Part shown: positions 1-9,070 of the stretch, one piece after another
Layout of the letters: the number at the start of each line of letters is the position of its first letter
Position numbering within the stretch: position 1 is the stretch's first letter
Assembly (NCBI GenBank): GCA_044224875.1
Contig: JBGAJQ010000056.1
Location: 1-34,498 of the forward strand
DNA from: Gemmatimonadaceae bacterium
GTDB lineage: Bacteria; Gemmatimonadota; Gemmatimonadetes; Gemmatimonadales; Gemmatimonadaceae
Length of the DNA stretch: 34,498 bases
Direction of reading: 5' to 3'
Made by a program: the position numbers and the translations under genes
The notes under the pieces: model-generated
Told to the model about the DNA's origin: nothing
The model's database searches: none
Seen by the model: only the letters and a program-made list of their open reading frames with translations

Positions 1-2
1 CG

Positions 3-788
3 CAGGTCGGCGAGACGAAGCTGCTCTCCCGCACGGGTGGCGCCCCCAGTCTCGCCGTCGGCATGGCACACCTCTTCTCGAACGTGCTGGGTGGGAAGAC
101 CGCGATGGCGCTGTGGTACCACTTTGCCATCTTGTTCGAGGCGCTGTTCATCCTGACGACGCTCGACGCCGGCACGCGGGTCGGGAGGTTCATGCTCCAG
201 GCTCTCTTGCGACACGTCTGGGAACCCTTGGGCAAGGTTTCATGGTATCCGGCGGTGGTGATCTCCAGTGCGCTCTTCGTTTGCATGTGGGGCTACTTCC
301 TGTACCAGGGCGTGGTTGACCCGTTAGGCGGCGTCAACACGCTATGGCCGCTCTTCGGGATCGCCAACCAGTTGTTGGCCACCGTGGCCTTGTGCGTCGG
401 CACCACCGTCATCGTGAAGATGGGAAAGGCGCGCTTCATGTGGATCACCCTGGTGCCGATGACATGGCTGACGATCGTCACCATGACGGCGGGGTCGCTG
501 AAGATCTTCTCCGACGACCCGAAACTGGGCTTCCTCGCGCGGGCGCGACTCTTTCAATCCGCCCTCGATTCGGGGACGGTGCCCAAGGGGGTAGCCGACG
601 CGTCGGCTGCAGCCAGGTTCATTTTCAACGACCGGCTGGACGCCGCCGTGACCGCGTTCTTCATGGTGTCCGTGATCGTCATCCTGGCAACGTCCGCGTA
701 CGAATGGTGGGCCGTGATCGCCGGACGGAAGGTGGCGCGCACGAGTGAGGTGCCATTCGAACCGCGCGCCGTCCTGGCGGGAGACTAG
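3..788 (+). CDS. cstA: Carbon starvation protein A (peptide/pyruvate transporter), 5' part outside window
   Basis: Frame is open from base 3 (QVGETKLLSRTGGAPSLAVGM). CstA hallmark stretches WYHFAILFEALFILTTLDAGTRVGRF and LWPLFGIANQLLA. Followed by ybdD, as is typical. Confidence 0.93.
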   Translation, partial: QVGETKLLSRTGGAPSLAVGMAHLFSNVLGGKTAMALWYHFAILFEALFILTTLDAGTRVGRFMLQALLRHVWEPLGKVSWYPAVVISSALFVCMWGYFLYQGVVDPLGGVNTLWPLFGIANQLLATVALCVGTTVIVKMGKARFMWITLVPMTWLTIVTMTAGSLKIFSDDPKLGFLARARLFQSALDSGTVPKGVADASAAARFIFNDRLDAAVTAFFMVSVIVILATSAYEWWAVIAGRKVARTSEVPFEPRAVLAGD

Positions 789-823
789 AGCATGCGATTG
801 GCTTTTGTCCGGAGGACCCTCTC

Positions 824-1051
824 ATGACCGTTTCCGCCTTCTTCACCACGTGGCTTCCCCAAAGGCGTGAATGGCGTCGCCTGAGAGACGCAACGCGCAC
901 GCTTCGCCGGATTATTGGCGCGCCGGACTACGAAGCCTACGTAGCGCACCGGCGTCGCTTCCATCCGCAATGTGAGATCATGTCCGAGGCAGAATTCACG
1001 ACGCAGCGACTGGAGGACCGCTACGCCCGTCCGGGGTCGCGTTGTTGTTAG
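824..1051 (+). CDS. YbdD/YjiX-family small protein (CstA-associated)
   Basis: Family pattern GxPDYEAYVAH...HP...F and C-terminal RCC. GGAGG RBS at 811-815. Directly downstream of cstA. Confidence 0.88.
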   Translation: MTVSAFFTTWLPQRREWRRLRDATRTLRRIIGAPDYEAYVAHRRRFHPQCEIMSEAEFTTQRLEDRYARPGSRCC

Positions 1052-1125
1052 CCGACCGATCCGATCCGAGACTTCTGGCGTAGCATGGGTGGACCCCTCG
1101 AACTCGCCCCTGACCTCCTGCACGC

Positions 1126-2001
1126 ATGACCGTTACTCGAAGCCTTCGCCTGCTCGCGCTCCCTGTCGTCGGATACGGGACGGTGGTAGGCGTCATGAAG
1201 TATCGCGAACCGACCCTGGTGTATCATCCGGCAGAGCGCGTTGTCCCAGCGCCTAACATTCAGTACAAGTTGAGGGAGCGCGCCGTTTCCTACCGATCGC
1301 TGGATGGAACGCGACTGACTGCGTGGCTCATCCCCGCGGCGGCGAAGGACTCGAGCGGCCTGTGGATGCTGATCTGCCACGGCAACTATGGGAATATCGG
1401 CTATGGGCAGCGTCCGCACTTTTATGCGGACATGCGCGACCTGGGGTTGAACTTGATGGCCTTCGACTACCGCGGCTTCGGCGCCAGCGAGGGCGCACCG
1501 AGCGAAGCAGGACTCTATGCCGACGCGCAGGCGTCCTACAACTTCCTGCGCGACTCGCTCGGCGTTCCGCCGAACCGGATCGTGATCTTCGGCCACTCGT
1601 TAGGGTCTGGTGTGGCGATCGAGTTGGCCACCCGCGTGCCAAACGCCGGCGTCGTCGTCGAAGGGGCATACACGACGGTCCCCAGCGTGGGACAGGCGGC
1701 GTACCCATGGTTGCCCGTGAACCTGATCATGTCCAACCGCTTCGCGTCCATCGACAAGGTGCGCACGCTCACCGTGCCGAAGCTGTTCATCCATTCTCCG
1801 GAGGACGACGTGATTCCGTACTCCTTCGGTCAGGCGCTATTTGCGGCAGCGGCGGAGCCCAAGCGGTTCCAGAGCGTGCGGGGGGGCCACATGGACGCCT
1901 TTCTGGACGACCAGCGCGTCTACTTTGGGTCCATTCGGGAGTTTGTGGCGCCGTTGGCGCCGCATGGGCCCTATCCGAGCGCCGACGGACTGTCCCACTG
2001 A
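1126..2001 (+). CDS. Alpha/beta-fold hydrolase (BEM46/ABHD13-like), N-terminal membrane anchor
   Basis: CHGN oxyanion region, FDYRGFGAS, nucleophile elbow GHSLG, Asp (EDDVIP) and His (GGHMD). Confidence 0.88.
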   Translation: MTVTRSLRLLALPVVGYGTVVGVMKYREPTLVYHPAERVVPAPNIQYKLRERAVSYRSLDGTRLTAWLIPAAAKDSSGLWMLICHGNYGNIGYGQRPHFYADMRDLGLNLMAFDYRGFGASEGAPSEAGLYADAQASYNFLRDSLGVPPNRIVIFGHSLGSGVAIELATRVPNAGVVVEGAYTTVPSVGQAAYPWLPVNLIMSNRFASIDKVRTLTVPKLFIHSPEDDVIPYSFGQALFAAAAEPKRFQSVRGGHMDAFLDDQRVYFGSIREFVAPLAPHGPYPSADGLSH

Positions 2002-2131
2002 CGGACGGGCTGGACCGAATCGCAGACGACTTTGGAGCGCTGGGCGGCGCTGGCGGGGCGCGGCGAGTAAGTTCTCCCCCCTGCAACTCCCGTCAGCCCG
2101 TCCAACCTCTGCCCGTTGTGAAAGGTCGCCC

Positions 2132-5100
2132 ATGTCCCGAGCCCTCCGTTTGTGGCCCGCCCTGCTGATCACCTGGACTGTCACCGCCGGTGCGCAGTCC
2201 GCGAAGCCTGACTCGTCGAAGAAGAAGGACCTGCCGCTGGTGGCCACGCGTTCGATCGATCTGGACACCGATGAGGGGTCCTGGATCTCGACGGACGTTT
2301 CACCTGACGGTCGGACGGTGGTGTTTGACCTGCTGGGCGACGTCTACTCGATTCCGCTCGCCGGGGGGAACGCCACCGCCATCACCACCGGCATGGCATT
2401 CGACGGCCAGCCGCGGTACAGCCCGGACGGCAAGTGGATCGTGTTCACGTCGGATCGGGATGGCGCCGAGAACGTGTGGATCATGAACCTGGAGACGAAG
2501 GAGACGCGTCAGATCTCCAAGTTGAAGGACAAGACGATCGAGTCACCGGAGTGGACGCCCGATGGGAAGTACATCGTCGTGACGGTTGGCGACATCGTGT
2601 TCAAGCCGGGCAAACTGTGGATGTTTCACGTGGACGGTGGCACCGGCATTCAGCTGATCAAGACGCCAGAGAGCGCGTTGACCAATGGCGCGGCCTTTGG
2701 ACCTGACGGGCGATACATCTGGTATGCGCAGCGTTCGGGGACGTGGCAATACAATGCGATCTTCCCGCAATTTCAGATTGCCGTGTACGACCGCGAGAGC
2801 GGCCGCCGCGAAGTACGCACGTCACGCTTCGGCTCCGCCATTCGTCCGACGCTTTCGCCGGATGGCAAGTGGATGGTCTATGCCACCCGGCACGAAGCGC
2901 AGACCGGCCTCGTGCTACGCGACATGTCGTCTGGCGATGAGAAGTGGCTCGCCTATCCGGTCCAGCGGGACGACCAGGAAGCCATCGGTAGTCGGGACGC
3001 GTACCCCGGGATGTCCTTCACGCCGGATTCCAAGGAGGTCGTCACGACATATGGCGGCAAGTTGTGGCGTGTGCCGGTGGACGGATCGACGCCGGTGAAC
3101 ATTCCGTTTCACGTGGTGGCAAAGTTGGAGCTGGGGCCGGAAGTGGCCTTCAAGTATCCCGTGCGCGACAGCGCGCAATTCAGTGTGCACCAGATTCGTG
3201 ACCTGGCGCCCTCTCCCGACGGCAAACGGCTCGCCTTCACCGCGCTCGACCACCTGTACGTCATGGACCTGCCGAATGGCGCGCCACGTCGCCTAACGTC
3301 AAGCGATATGGTGGAGGCGCAGCCCACCTGGTCGCCGGACGGTGCGTGGATCGGGTATGTGACCTGGCAGCGCGAGGGCGGCGCGGTGTACAAGGTGCGC
3401 TCCGACGGGTCGCAGGCCCCCGTCGCGCTCGTCACCGAACGGGCGACCTACCAACGTCCAGCGTGGGCTCCCGACGGGAACCGCCTGGTTGTCGTGCGAG
3501 GTCCGGCAGAACCGCGTCGGATCGAGGATGGGCCAGGCGCACCGGGCGTTGCCGTGGATTTGGTGGCGGTACCCGCGCAAGGAGGCCCGGCCACGTTGAT
3601 CGCGCCGACGTGGGGCCGCGACGAGCCACACTTCACGAAGGATCCGAACCGCATTTTCCTCTGGGCCGGGGACAGTGGGCTCGTCTCGATTCGATGGGAT
3701 GGAACGGACCAGAAGCGATACCTGAAGGTCACGACGCCGTTGCTGCTGAACCAGGAAAAGCCGGACGCCGCTGATCGGGTCCGCATGTCGCCCGACGGCG
3801 ACCAGGCCATGATCCAGACCGGCTATGATGTGTACGTGGTGACCGTTCCCCAAGTGGGCGGCGACGCACCCGTCGTGTCGGTCCAGGATCCGTCGGCCAG
3901 CGCGGTGCCGGCGCGGCGTTTGACCGACATCGGTGGCGAGTTTGCGACGTGGAGCAACGACGGAAAGTCGGTGATCTGGGCCATGGGGAGCGCGCTGTTC
4001 ACCTACGACCTGTCGGCGGCCGCTGCATTCGATCGGCAATTGCAGGCCGACAAGAAAGCGCTCGAAGGCGATACCACAAGTGTTGGCAAGGCGCGCCTCG
4101 ATTCACTCTCCAAGAAGCGGTTTGAGCCGACGGAACAGAAGATCGAGGTGCGTGCCAACCGCGACATCCCGCAAGGCACAGTCGTACTGCGTGGCGCGCG
4201 CATCGTCACCATGAAGGGCAACGAGATCATCAACGGTGGCGACGTCGTCGTGCGCAACAACCGCATCGTGCGCGTCGGTGGCAAGGGCGCCGTGCCAAGC
4301 GGCGCCCGCGTCATCGACGTCAGCGGCAAGACGATCATTCCAGGGTTCGTGGATACCCACTCCCACATGTGGCCCACCTGGGGACTGCACAAGCAGCAGC
4401 CGTGGATGTACCTGGCCAATCTTGCGTATGGGGTGACCACCACCCGCGATCCGCAGACCGGAAGCAGCGACGTGGTCTCGTACGGCGACATGGTCGATGC
4501 CGGCCAGGTCATTGGGCCACGCATCTACTCCACCAGTACCGGCGTCGGGTATTGGCTGGAGCAGCTGAAGGACCTCGAGCAGACGCGCAAGATCATGCAG
4601 CGCTACAGCAAGTACTGGGACACCAAGTACATCAAGATGTACGTGAAGGGCAACCGTCAGGTGCGACAGTGGGTGATCATGGCGGCCAAGGAAAATGGCA
4701 TCATGCCAACCACGGAAGGATCGCTGGACACAAAGTATGACCTGACGATGCTGTTCGACGGCTACCCCGGGCAGGAGCACGCGACACCCACCGTGCCGCT
4801 CTACAAGGACGTCGTCACCGCGTATGCCAAGAGCGGGATCGAGTACACGCCGACACTCATCGTCCAGTACGGCGGCCCGTGGGCCGAGGACTACTACTTC
4901 CAGCGCGAGCAACCGTACAACGACATGAAGGTGCGGCGCTTCATGCCGTACGAAGAACTGGCGTCGAAGACACGCCGTCGCGGCGCCGGTGTTGGCCCCG
5001 GTCCTGGCGGCTGGTTCATGGAGGACGAGTACATCTTCCCGAAGACCGCCAAGGTGGCCGCCGATATCGTGAAGGCCGGCGGGCGCATCGGGATTGGGAG

Positions 5101-5449
5101 CCACGGGGAATTCCAGGGGTTGGGCTACCACTGGGAGCTGTGGTCCGTGGCGTCGGGCGGCATGCCGGCCCACGACGCGCTCCGCATGGCAACCATCGTT
5201 GGTGCCCAGTCGTTAGGCCTCGACGGCGACCTCGGATCCCTGGAGCCCGGGAAACTCGCCGACCTGATCGTGATGGACCGGAATCCCCTCGTGAACCTCC
5301 GCAACTCGAACAGCATCAAGTACGTCATGAAGAACGGAAGGCTCTACGAAGGTGAATCGATGGACGAAGTCTGGCCCAGACAACGCAAGACATTGCCGCC
5401 GTACGGATTGGTCGAGGCACCAAAGACAGCCGCTGGCGAGCGTCAGTAG
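2132..5449 (+). CDS. Secreted PD40/TolB-like beta-propeller plus amidohydrolase protein
   Basis: Signal peptide from ATG 2132 (GAAAGG upstream), many xSPDGx repeats, C-terminal amidohydrolase motifs IIPGFVDTHSH and GSLEPGKLADLIV. The longer ORF from 1841 overlaps the previous gene and was not used. Confidence 0.88.
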   Translation: MSRALRLWPALLITWTVTAGAQSAKPDSSKKKDLPLVATRSIDLDTDEGSWISTDVSPDGRTVVFDLLGDVYSIPLAGGNATAITTGMAFDGQPRYSPDGKWIVFTSDRDGAENVWIMNLETKETRQISKLKDKTIESPEWTPDGKYIVVTVGDIVFKPGKLWMFHVDGGTGIQLIKTPESALTNGAAFGPDGRYIWYAQRSGTWQYNAIFPQFQIAVYDRESGRREVRTSRFGSAIRPTLSPDGKWMVYATRHEAQTGLVLRDMSSGDEKWLAYPVQRDDQEAIGSRDAYPGMSFTPDSKEVVTTYGGKLWRVPVDGSTPVNIPFHVVAKLELGPEVAFKYPVRDSAQFSVHQIRDLAPSPDGKRLAFTALDHLYVMDLPNGAPRRLTSSDMVEAQPTWSPDGAWIGYVTWQREGGAVYKVRSDGSQAPVALVTERATYQRPAWAPDGNRLVVVRGPAEPRRIEDGPGAPGVAVDLVAVPAQGGPATLIAPTWGRDEPHFTKDPNRIFLWAGDSGLVSIRWDGTDQKRYLKVTTPLLLNQEKPDAADRVRMSPDGDQAMIQTGYDVYVVTVPQVGGDAPVVSVQDPSASAVPARRLTDIGGEFATWSNDGKSVIWAMGSALFTYDLSAAAAFDRQLQADKKALEGDTTSVGKARLDSLSKKRFEPTEQKIEVRANRDIPQGTVVLRGARIVTMKGNEIINGGDVVVRNNRIVRVGGKGAVPSGARVIDVSGKTIIPGFVDTHSHMWPTWGLHKQQPWMYLANLAYGVTTTRDPQTGSSDVVSYGDMVDAGQVIGPRIYSTSTGVGYWLEQLKDLEQTRKIMQRYSKYWDTKYIKMYVKGNRQVRQWVIMAAKENGIMPTTEGSLDTKYDLTMLFDGYPGQEHATPTVPLYKDVVTAYAKSGIEYTPTLIVQYGGPWAEDYYFQREQPYNDMKVRRFMPYEELASKTRRRGAGVGPGPGGWFMEDEYIFPKTAKVAADIVKAGGRIGIGSHGEFQGLGYHWELWSVASGGMPAHDALRMATIVGAQSLGLDGDLGSLEPGKLADLIVMDRNPLVNLRNSNSIKYVMKNGRLYEGESMDEVWPRQRKTLPPYGLVEAPKTAAGERQ

Positions 5450-5476
5450 CATCTACGTCGACCCTTCGGAGGATCC

Positions 5477-7306
5477 ATGCGCTTCACCCCACTCGTCCTG
5501 CTAGCCTGCGCGACGTCACCTCTCGCCGCTCAAGGCAAGAGGCGTCCCGTCCGCCCGGTGTGGCCGGACGAGGGACCAGCCACCTGGGCGCCGCGCCCAA
5601 CAACGCGCGATATCACGGCGAACGACCTAAGGACGCGGTTGTACCAATTCGCAGACGACTCGATGTCCGGTCGCCGGATCGGTGAGCCAGGGAACTACAA
5701 GGGCACCGCGTACATTGCGGCGGAGTTCAAGCGCCTTGGGTTGAAGCCCGCGGGAGACAACGGCACGTATTTTCAGGACCTTCCGTTCGGCCCGGTCGGG
5801 TATGATGCGACGGCGAGTCGCCTGTCGGTCAACGGGTCGGAGCTGACGGTGCGAACGGATTGGGTGCCCATGGCGCCGGCGCCGGTGACGGGCATCGGCG
5901 GTGTGGCGGCGCTGGCCGGTGCCCCGACAGTTTTCGCAGGGCTTTGGGGAGACTCCACGACCCTGGACCCCGCGATGTTCCGTGGCAAGGTGGCCGTCTT
6001 CGTCGCGCCGCCGAACGCCATGGGAGCGCCGACGCCGCCTTTGGCCGTGCCGCTGCTACGCTGCGACTCCGTTCCCGACCGGTTTGGCGCCGCCGCGGCG
6101 CTTCGCGCCGACGCCGCAGCCCGCACCTCGGCGGCCGCCGGCACTCGCCCGCCGATTCCGGCGCCAATCCGCGATATGCGTGCCCAGAATGCGGGGGCAG
6201 CCGGCGTGCTCGTGATCGCGTCGGATGGACTCACGCCCGCAATCGTGAATGCCGGGTTGGGTTCGCGCATGGGCATGCAACCACCGACGTCGGGTGCCCC
6301 GGCAGCTCCACTCGGCGCGACGATCACCAGCGCCGTTGCCACTCGCATCTTCGGGAAGCCGGCCGAGCAGTTGGAAATAGGTTCAACCGGGCAAAACGTC
6401 TCGGCGTCGTGGAGCTATTCGTGGCGAATGTCGGCGACTCCCGCTCGCAATGTGATCGCGATTCTTCCGGGCTCGGATCCGGCACGTGCCGCGGAATATG
6501 TGCTGGTGGGTGCGCATAACGATCACGTCGGAACAGCCGCCGCAGCCGTCGATCACGACTCGCTGCGGGCGGTGAACACGGTCACCCGGCGTCAGGGCGC
6601 GAACGATCCAGCCTGTCGCCCAACAGCCGACCAACAGCGACGCATCGATTCCCTGATCGCGCGGGCGCGAAGTATCCGCCCCCCTCGCCGTGACTCGATC
6701 TTCAACGGCGCCGACGATGACGGATCGGGCACCGTGGTGATGCTCGAGATCGCCGAGCGTTTTGCGGCGGAAAAGCCGGCGCGTTCGATCGTTTTCATTT
6801 CGCACCAGGGAGAGGAAGGGGGCCTGCTCGGTTCACGCTGGTTTGCCGACCATCCCACGGTCCCACTCAACGCAATCGTTGCCGCGCACAACATGGACAT
6901 GGTCGGAAAGGGCCGCGTGGAGCAGGTCAAGTTCGGTGGACCAACCTCCGTCCAGATGCTAGGCTCGCGACGCCTGTCACGTGAATTCGGGGACATCATC
7001 GATTCCGTGAACGCGGTGCGCACGGAAACGATGGCGATTGACAAGACGTGGGACGTGTCCGCCAACCCAATGAATCGTTTCTGCCGCAGCGACCAGGTGA
7101 ACTACGTGCGCAAGGACGTACCCGTCACCTACTTCTCGTTAGGATACGCGCAGGACTACCACCAGCTGACGGACGAGCCAGCCTACATCGACTACGACCA
7201 CGCGGCGCGTCTCGGGCGCTTTATTCATGACGTGATGTGGGCGATCTCCGAACGATCTACCCGGCCTTCGATCGACGGCCCCGATCCCGCATATCCCCGA
7301 TGCTGA
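5477..7306 (+). CDS. Secreted M28-family metallopeptidase with PA-like insert
   Basis: GGAGGA RBS, signal peptide, GAHNDH, NGADDDGSG, GEEGGLLGS, NMDMVG, RSDQ, DYHQLTDE. Confidence 0.88.
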   Translation: MRFTPLVLLACATSPLAAQGKRRPVRPVWPDEGPATWAPRPTTRDITANDLRTRLYQFADDSMSGRRIGEPGNYKGTAYIAAEFKRLGLKPAGDNGTYFQDLPFGPVGYDATASRLSVNGSELTVRTDWVPMAPAPVTGIGGVAALAGAPTVFAGLWGDSTTLDPAMFRGKVAVFVAPPNAMGAPTPPLAVPLLRCDSVPDRFGAAAALRADAAARTSAAAGTRPPIPAPIRDMRAQNAGAAGVLVIASDGLTPAIVNAGLGSRMGMQPPTSGAPAAPLGATITSAVATRIFGKPAEQLEIGSTGQNVSASWSYSWRMSATPARNVIAILPGSDPARAAEYVLVGAHNDHVGTAAAAVDHDSLRAVNTVTRRQGANDPACRPTADQQRRIDSLIARARSIRPPRRDSIFNGADDDGSGTVVMLEIAERFAAEKPARSIVFISHQGEEGGLLGSRWFADHPTVPLNAIVAAHNMDMVGKGRVEQVKFGGPTSVQMLGSRRLSREFGDIIDSVNAVRTETMAIDKTWDVSANPMNRFCRSDQVNYVRKDVPVTYFSLGYAQDYHQLTDEPAYIDYDHAARLGRFIHDVMWAISERSTRPSIDGPDPAYPRC

Positions 7307-8004
7307 CCATCGGCCGGAGCGTAGGCCGGCGTGCGCTGGCCGGCGTCACCTGCCTCTTGTTAGGCAGTCCAATCGCGCAGGCCCGTTCGTTGTTCAATGG
7401 CAAGGACCTGACGGGTTGGCACGTCGACGTGCCCGCCATGGATTCGAGCCGATCGGCGCGGAACCCCTTTGTGGTGCGGGCCGGCAGCCTGGTGTCGCTC
7501 GGGGAGCCGCAGGGGCACCTCATCACCGATGCCGCCTACCGCAACTATCGGTTGGAGGTCGAGTATCGCTTCTCGGCGAAGCCGGGCAATGCCGGCGTGC
7601 TTGTGCACGCGTCCACACCGCGCGCGCTCTACCGCATGTTTCCGAAGTCGATCGAGGTGCAGATGGAGAGCCAGAACGCCGGCGACTTCTGGTGTATCGT
7701 CGAGGACATTTCCGTACCCGACATGGAGCGGCGGCGCGGGCCAAAGGCGAACTGGGGCATCACGGAAGGCAAGGAACGCCGCATCGTGAACCTGACGGAC
7801 GGATCCGAGCGGCCGGTTGGTGAGTGGAACCGCATGGTGATCGAAACCGTGGACCGATCGATCAAGGTCTGGGTCAACGGCGCGCTCGTGAACTACGGGA
7901 CCAATGCAACCGCCGACCGTGGCCAGATTGCGCTGCAGGCTGAGGGATCGGAGGTGGAGTTCCGCAAATTGGTGCTCACTCCCATCACGGCACTCACACC
8001 GTAG
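7300..8004 (+). CDS. DUF1080 (3-keto-disaccharide hydrolase-like) secreted protein
   Basis: SLFNGKDLTGW, GEWNRMVI, VWVNG, GQIALQAEG, VEFRK. ATG 7300 overlaps the M28 stop. Confidence 0.85.
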   Translation: MLTIGRSVGRRALAGVTCLLLGSPIAQARSLFNGKDLTGWHVDVPAMDSSRSARNPFVVRAGSLVSLGEPQGHLITDAAYRNYRLEVEYRFSAKPGNAGVLVHASTPRALYRMFPKSIEVQMESQNAGDFWCIVEDISVPDMERRRGPKANWGITEGKERRIVNLTDGSERPVGEWNRMVIETVDRSIKVWVNGALVNYGTNATADRGQIALQAEGSEVEFRKLVLTPITALTP

Positions 8005-8007
8005 GCG

Positions 8008-8883
8008 CTAGTCGCGCCATCGCGTGACACGCTCGAGAAACCCCTCATCGCCGATCTCTCGGCAGAGTTCCGTCAGCTCAAATCGTCGGGCGCCGCGCCA
8101 CTCGAGGTCGTCGACCTGTTCGGCCAGTGGCACGTCCTCGCGGAGGGTGGCGAGCGTCCGGTAAAGCACCGCGACCTCACGGTGTGCATTCAGGTTGTCA
8201 CCCAGGGCGGTGGCGCCGCGCAAGGACACGCTCCAGTCCGCGACCTGCGTCGGGATCTGCTCGATATGCCCGTACTGCGCCAAGATCGCCGAAGCGGACT
8301 TCGCGCCCCACTTTGGTACACCCGGTATTCCATCGGCGTCGTCGCCAACGAGGGCGAGGTAATCGGGAATGGAAGCCGGGCCAACGCCGAACTTCTCGAC
8401 CACCCCCGATTCATCCATCACCTTGCGCCGCAGACGATCCAGGCACACCACGCGGCTTCCACGCACGCACTGCGCCATGTCCTTGTCCGGCGAACAAATA
8501 ATGACCTGCTCCACGCGATCGTCGGCGTGCCAGCGCGCGGCCCCGGTAGCCAACGCATCGTCCGCCTCGAACTCGATCATGGGCCAAACGACGAGGCCGA
8601 GTGCGTATGCCGCACGTTCAGCGAGCGGGAACTGCGCCATCAACTCGTCCGGCACGCCGTCACCAGTTTTGTAGCCGTCGAACAGCTGATTACGAAAGGA
8701 CTCAATCACGTGGTCGAATGCACAGGCGACGTGTGTGGCCCCTTCCTCCCGCAGCAGGTAGTTGAGCGACCGCAGTATGCCGCGGGTCGCGCCTACCTCC
8801 GCGCCCGCTGACGAGCGAGCGGATGGCGCGCCAAAGAACGAGCGGAAGAGTTCGTATGTGCCATCCACCAGATGAAGTCGCAT
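8008..8883 (-). CDS. Stand-alone 5'-3' exonuclease / flap endonuclease (Pol I N-terminal-like, H3TH)
   Basis: LVDG, AFD, FEADD, SPDKD, LALVGDDADGIPGVPKWGAKSA. No polymerase domain. Confidence 0.9.
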   Translation of the reverse strand: MRLHLVDGTYELFRSFFGAPSARSSAGAEVGATRGILRSLNYLLREEGATHVACAFDHVIESFRNQLFDGYKTGDGVPDELMAQFPLAERAAYALGLVVWPMIEFEADDALATGAARWHADDRVEQVIICSPDKDMAQCVRGSRVVCLDRLRRKVMDESGVVEKFGVGPASIPDYLALVGDDADGIPGVPKWGAKSASAILAQYGHIEQIPTQVADWSVSLRGATALGDNLNAHREVAVLYRTLATLREDVPLAEQVDDLEWRGARRFELTELCREIGDEGFLERVTRWRD

Positions 8884-9070
8884 GACAGACTATATGCAGC
8901 CGGACGCGAGCCAACGGGAGTGGCGCGCGGGCGAAGCGCTTCGGCTTCGGTTTTGTCGTGGAGGCGCCTACCTTCCACTGTCCGCCTGCTCCAACGACCC
9001 GCCGCATGTAGCGTCTTCGGGCCGGTGGCGTGGAAGACCACACTTCGTGAGGCCCGGAGGGGAGTCCTGC

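Noticed and set aside
1040..1051. Selenocysteine in the YbdD/YjiX protein (family sometimes labelled putative selenoprotein)
   Set aside because: The gene ends TGT TGT TAG, with no in-frame TGA.
4103..5173. Long antisense or alternate-frame ORFs (also 11812-12987, 21970-23064, 30574-31596)
   Set aside because: Shadow ORFs of real genes in GC-rich DNA, with no recognisable motifs.
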